Origin: Mobula hypostoma
Lineage: Eukaryota
NCBI RefSeq assembly: GCF_963921235.1
Contig: NC_086097.1
Span: forward strand, 37,388,001-37,452,000
Reading direction: 5' to 3'
Length of the DNA stretch: 64,000 bases
The notes under the pieces are model-generated. The model was not told the DNA's origin. It ran no database searches and saw only the letters and a list, made by a program, of their open reading frames with translations. The translations under genes were made by a program, and so were the position numbers. Shown here piece by piece: positions 60,131 to 64,000 of the stretch. The stretch's first letter is position 1; every line of letters begins with the position of its first letter.

Positions 60131-61414
60131 ATAATGTAATAGAACTGTTATCTTTGAGGCTACAGCTATCGTCTGTAGGCAGCTTTTCCCACAACATGCA
60201 TTATTGAACACAGCAGATTGCCTACTTTCTCACATTTGAAGAGTTTGCACATGTATTTACTAGCAACATTCACCAGATAAATAGTGCTACTTTGAAATCT
60301 ATTCATAATTATTTGCACGGGGTAAGTCTGATAGGAAGGTGAAAGGAATGTCAATTACCATGGCAACTCTTGTTCCCTCAGAAGAGGACATTCCATTCAC
60401 AAAAATAATCTCTTCTATTTCGATTCCTTTAAACACCTTGGACATTATTTTCCACGACTCGTTAATTTTAGAAGTGGATGTGAGCAAAATTGGAGCGCTA
60501 TTTCTAAAAAGCATTGCCATTCCATATTCTGTAATTTCCTCTTCAAATGGACCAACAAAGAAAAGCTGATGTGCTCTTGCTGAAGACCTCTATAAAGAGC
60601 CACCATAATTCGTGCAGAATTACATAGCTAAAAGTGATAATCAAGAGCTAACTCTGTGAGACTTGGTGCTGGCAAGTTTAATAAAAGCAAAAGGTTTCAA
60701 CGTATCAACACAGCAATGACAAAAGTGACAGGCATTTTCTATTCAGTAATTGAATGTTGAAGCCATTGTCTAGCATCTTGCAGTGCAGTCGTAAAAAGAG
60801 CAGGTGAGTTTGGCCCAAGGAAACAGACTGTGTAGGGGATGCAACAGCTGTTATCTAGCTGTTTTTTTTAACAGTAAGATATCACACCACGACAAGAAAC
60901 ATTACATGCCATGAAATCATACTCAAACAGAGGCATCTTTTTGAGTACTTTGCCATGGTCTTATCCTGGAGACAACATGGGAAGGAACCTTAAGGGCTGA
61001 ATTATGAGGAGAGTGGAGAAACTCATGCTGCTCACGTTGAAAACAGAAATGAGAGGTGCTTATAAAGTCAAGAGACTAGAAATTGTGAAATGCCTGAAAA
61101 AAATTATTTACAACAGTGCTGAGACAGAAGGTATTTAATAGTTTTGTGGGAGGCTGATCAACAGCAAAATTCCATTGTGCACGCAGTCCAAAGCACTGCA
61201 TGATAGCACAAAACTTGCACAACTTATATGCTAAAGGTCCTTCCCCCATCAGCACTTCAGTGCAGTAATGGCTCACCAGCAAAAAGAAGTCAGCCAAAGT
61301 GCACTTTGGAGTTTTAAGTCCCAAAGCACCTATAGCCATGAAATATTCATGAGCAGTGTTCCTGTTGTTTCTGTGGTTCATCTACCTGCAGAAATCCCAG
61401 ACTGCACTGTCATA

Positions 61415-62680
61415 AACATACAACATGGAACACTACATCACAGTACAGAGCATTTTGCCCACCTCTTAACCTACTCATTCCCTCCTACTTAGCCCTCCAT
61501 TTTTCTATCATATCTGTTACCTGTCAAGTAGGGGACTGTGCACAATTTTGATTTGATGGAGACAGACGTGAGAGCACGGAGGAACATCTGGAAAACTTCT
61601 GAAATGCCCACTGCGCTGCCGCTGCTACTGTGTGGTAACCAGAATCTCCGGTGTGAAGGCCCCGAAATCCTCAGCTTTGCATGTTTCAGCAGCCGGGAGA
61701 GGTCGAAGGCATTCGGCAGAGGATGGTGCTCGGGAGGCGGTATCGGAGAGGCTGGTCAGAAGCTCGAAGTTTTCGGACGGATGGACTCAGTGTCGGCTGT
61801 GGTCGGCTGCTTCCAAGGCATCGGCAAGTTGACGGTGCCTGGAGGTTTATGACAGGGAGTTTTTCCCTTTTGCTGCCTACTATCGGGGACTCAGGAGTCG
61901 ATCGACTCGGGGACTTTTGAGACTTTATTTACCGTGCCCATGGTCTGCTCTTCATCAAATTATGGTATTGCTTTGCACTGCTGTAACTGTATGTTATAAT
62001 TATGTGGTTCTGTCAGTGTTAGTCTTTGGTCTGTCCTGTTTTCTGTGATATCACTCCGGAGAAACGTTGTATCATTTCTTAATGCATTTCTAAATGACAA
62101 TAAAAGAGGACAGAGTGTTCTCATAATCTAATCTAATCTAATCCATGTGCCTATCTAAGAGTTTCTTAAATGCCCCTAGTGTTTCTGCTTCTACTGCCAC
62201 CACTGTCAGGGTGTTCCATGCCACCACACTCACCACACTCCGTGTAAAAAATCTACCTCTGACATCTCCCCTATAATTTCTCCAATCATCTTAAAATCAT
62301 GTTCCCCTTGTATTAGCTATTTCCATACCGAGAAAACGAGTCTCTGGCTATCCAATCTATCTCTGCCTCTTATCATCTTGTACATCTCTATCAAGTCACC
62401 TCTCAATCTCCTTCACTCCAGAGAGAAAAGCCCTAGCTCACTCAACCTATGCTTTAGGACATGTTCTCTAATCCAGGCAGCACCCTGGTAAATTTCCTTT
62501 GCACCCTCTCTAAAGCTTCCAACTCTTTCTTAAAATGAGGTGACTAGAACTGAATACAATATCCCAAGTGTGGTCTGAACAGGGCTTTATACAGCTGGAA
62601 TATTACATTACAGCTCATTCCCCTGACTAATGAAGGTCAACACACCACACACCTTCCTAACAACCCTATCAGCTTGCAAC
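61415..62680 (-). mobile_element. CR1 3' fragment interrupted by 61515-62143
   Basis: Reverse-complement CR1 tail and ORF2 end; host rejoins as tttctatc(at) | ccatgtgcc. Confidence 0.8.
61515..62143 (+). mobile_element. Young non-coding retroposon with Rex-like 3' end and (TCTAA)n tail
   Basis: CpG-rich body; ccggagaaacgttg...aaatgacaataaa resembles the 3' end of the 33722-34830 element; aatctaatctaatctaatc tail. Confidence 0.65.
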
Positions 62681-63004
62681 AAGTGACTTTCTGATACAGA
62701 ACTACTGTAAAAAATGTTAAGGTCTCTTTCCCATGTAAATTGTGAGAGGGCATCAGACAACAAATTGTACTTCTATCCTTTTGCAGGTATTCTCAAGTTG
62801 GTTCATTTGGAAACTGGTTCCAAAATATTATGAGTTTATCCTTTAACTAGAATACCAGTGAATAACCTAGTGCACCATTCTTACTGTGAGACATGGAAGC
62901 TTAACTAATCGTTGAACTTCAGAAGATCAACGTCTTGTCTTGAAGATAAAGCCAGTATACTCTGTCAGTCATTGCCAACAAAAGGTAATTAACCCCTCAT
63001 GCGA

Positions 63005-64000
63005 AGTTCAAAGTAAATTTTTTATCAAAGTACATATATGTCACTATATACAACTCTAAGATTCATTTCTTGTGGACATACTCAATAAATCCATAATAGA
63101 ATAAACGAAAGATTGCACCAATTTGGGCATCCAGCTAATGCACATAAGGCAACAGACTGTGCAAATATATTTAAAAAAGAACTAATAATAATAAATAAAT
63201 AAGCAATAAATATCGAGAACGTGAGTTGAAGAGTCCTTGAAAGTGAGTCCATAGACTGCGGGAATATTTCAAAGATGGGGCAAGTGAAGTTGAGTGAAGT
63301 TACGCCCTCTAGTTCAAGAGCCTGACAGTTGAGGGGTAATAACTGTTCCTGAACCTGGTGTTGTGAATTCTGAGGCTCCTGGACCTTCTTCCTGAAGGCA
63401 GAATGAGAAGAGAGCATGTATTGCGTGATGGGGTTTCCTGATAATGGATGCTGCTTTCCTGCAACAACGTTTCATGTAGATGTGCTCAGTGGTAGGAAGG
63501 CTTGGACTGGGCCATATCCAGTACTTTTTGTAGGATTTTCTGTTCAAGGACATTGGTATTTCCATACCAAGCGGTGATGTAGCCAGTCACTGTACTCTTC
63601 ATTACACATCTATAGAAGTTTGTCAATGTATTAGATGTCATGCCGAATCTTCAGAAATTCCTAAGGAAGTGCCCTGATCCTCCAATGAGCACAGGCTCAT
63701 GGACCTCTGGTTTCCTCCTCCTGAAGTCAATAATCAGCTCCTTGGCCTTGTTGACATTGAGTAAAAGGTTGTTGTCATGGTACAGCCAGATTTTCAATCT
63801 CCCTCCTATATGCTGATTCATCACCTCCTCTGATTTGACCTACAACAGTGGTGACATCAGCAAACTTGAATATGGTATTGGAGCTGTGTTTAGACACTAA
63901 GTCATAAGTATAAATGGGTAGAGCAGGGGCTAAGCACACAGCTTATGGTGCACCTGTTCTGATGGAGATTCTGCAGGAGATGTCATTGCCAATTCGAACT
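63005..64000 (-). mobile_element. Rex1/Babar LINE 3' part (RT end), runs off the window
   Basis: Family tail gttcaaagtaaatttttatcaaag; MKRCCRKAASIIRKPHHA; FKFADVTTVVG. Confidence 0.85.

Noticed and set aside
60361..60589. Open minus-strand stretch between AG and GT (RSSARAHQLFFVGPFEEEITEYG..)
   Set aside because: Weak splice signals, no recognisable homology, no partner exons nearby, and it overlaps an X-box-like motif.
1..64000. Prokaryotic systems (operons, CRISPR array, defence islands)
   Set aside because: The sequence is repeat-rich vertebrate DNA with low coding density. The recurring gatgctg..ccagc repeats are dispersed Penelope pLTR pieces, not repeat-spacer arrays.

Overview
This is eukaryotic (vertebrate) genomic DNA, very probably from a cartilaginous fish. 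A ray or skate is likely, inferred from the repeat landscape of CR1 LINEs, V-domain tRNA-SINEs, a DeuSINE, Rex1/Babar LINEs and Penelope-like elements. I could not support any cellular protein-coding gene, rRNA, tRNA gene or CRISPR array. Every recognisable ORF is a fragment of a transposable element (CR1 APE/RT, Rex-Babar APE/RT, Penelope GIY-YIG, Hero RLE, Crack/L2-group RT), and many elements are nested. Repeat-free islands between the elements look like developmental cis-regulatory sequence, especially the CpG-retaining first ~5 kb. The most notable items are: (1) a 519-bp hAT-type element with 86-bp TIRs and a perfect 8-bp TSD that carries a captured LINE fragment (Pack-type candidate); (2) many Penelope-derived minimal hammerhead ribozymes, several inside short palindromic insertions with their own TSDs; (3) a ~184-bp templated copy of nearby sequence inside a LINE; (4) a bipartite internally deleted Rex-Babar family; (5) a triple nest of Hero inside Crack inside a Penelope remnant. 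Family names come from motif recognition by eye, not from database searches, and most boundaries are approximate.
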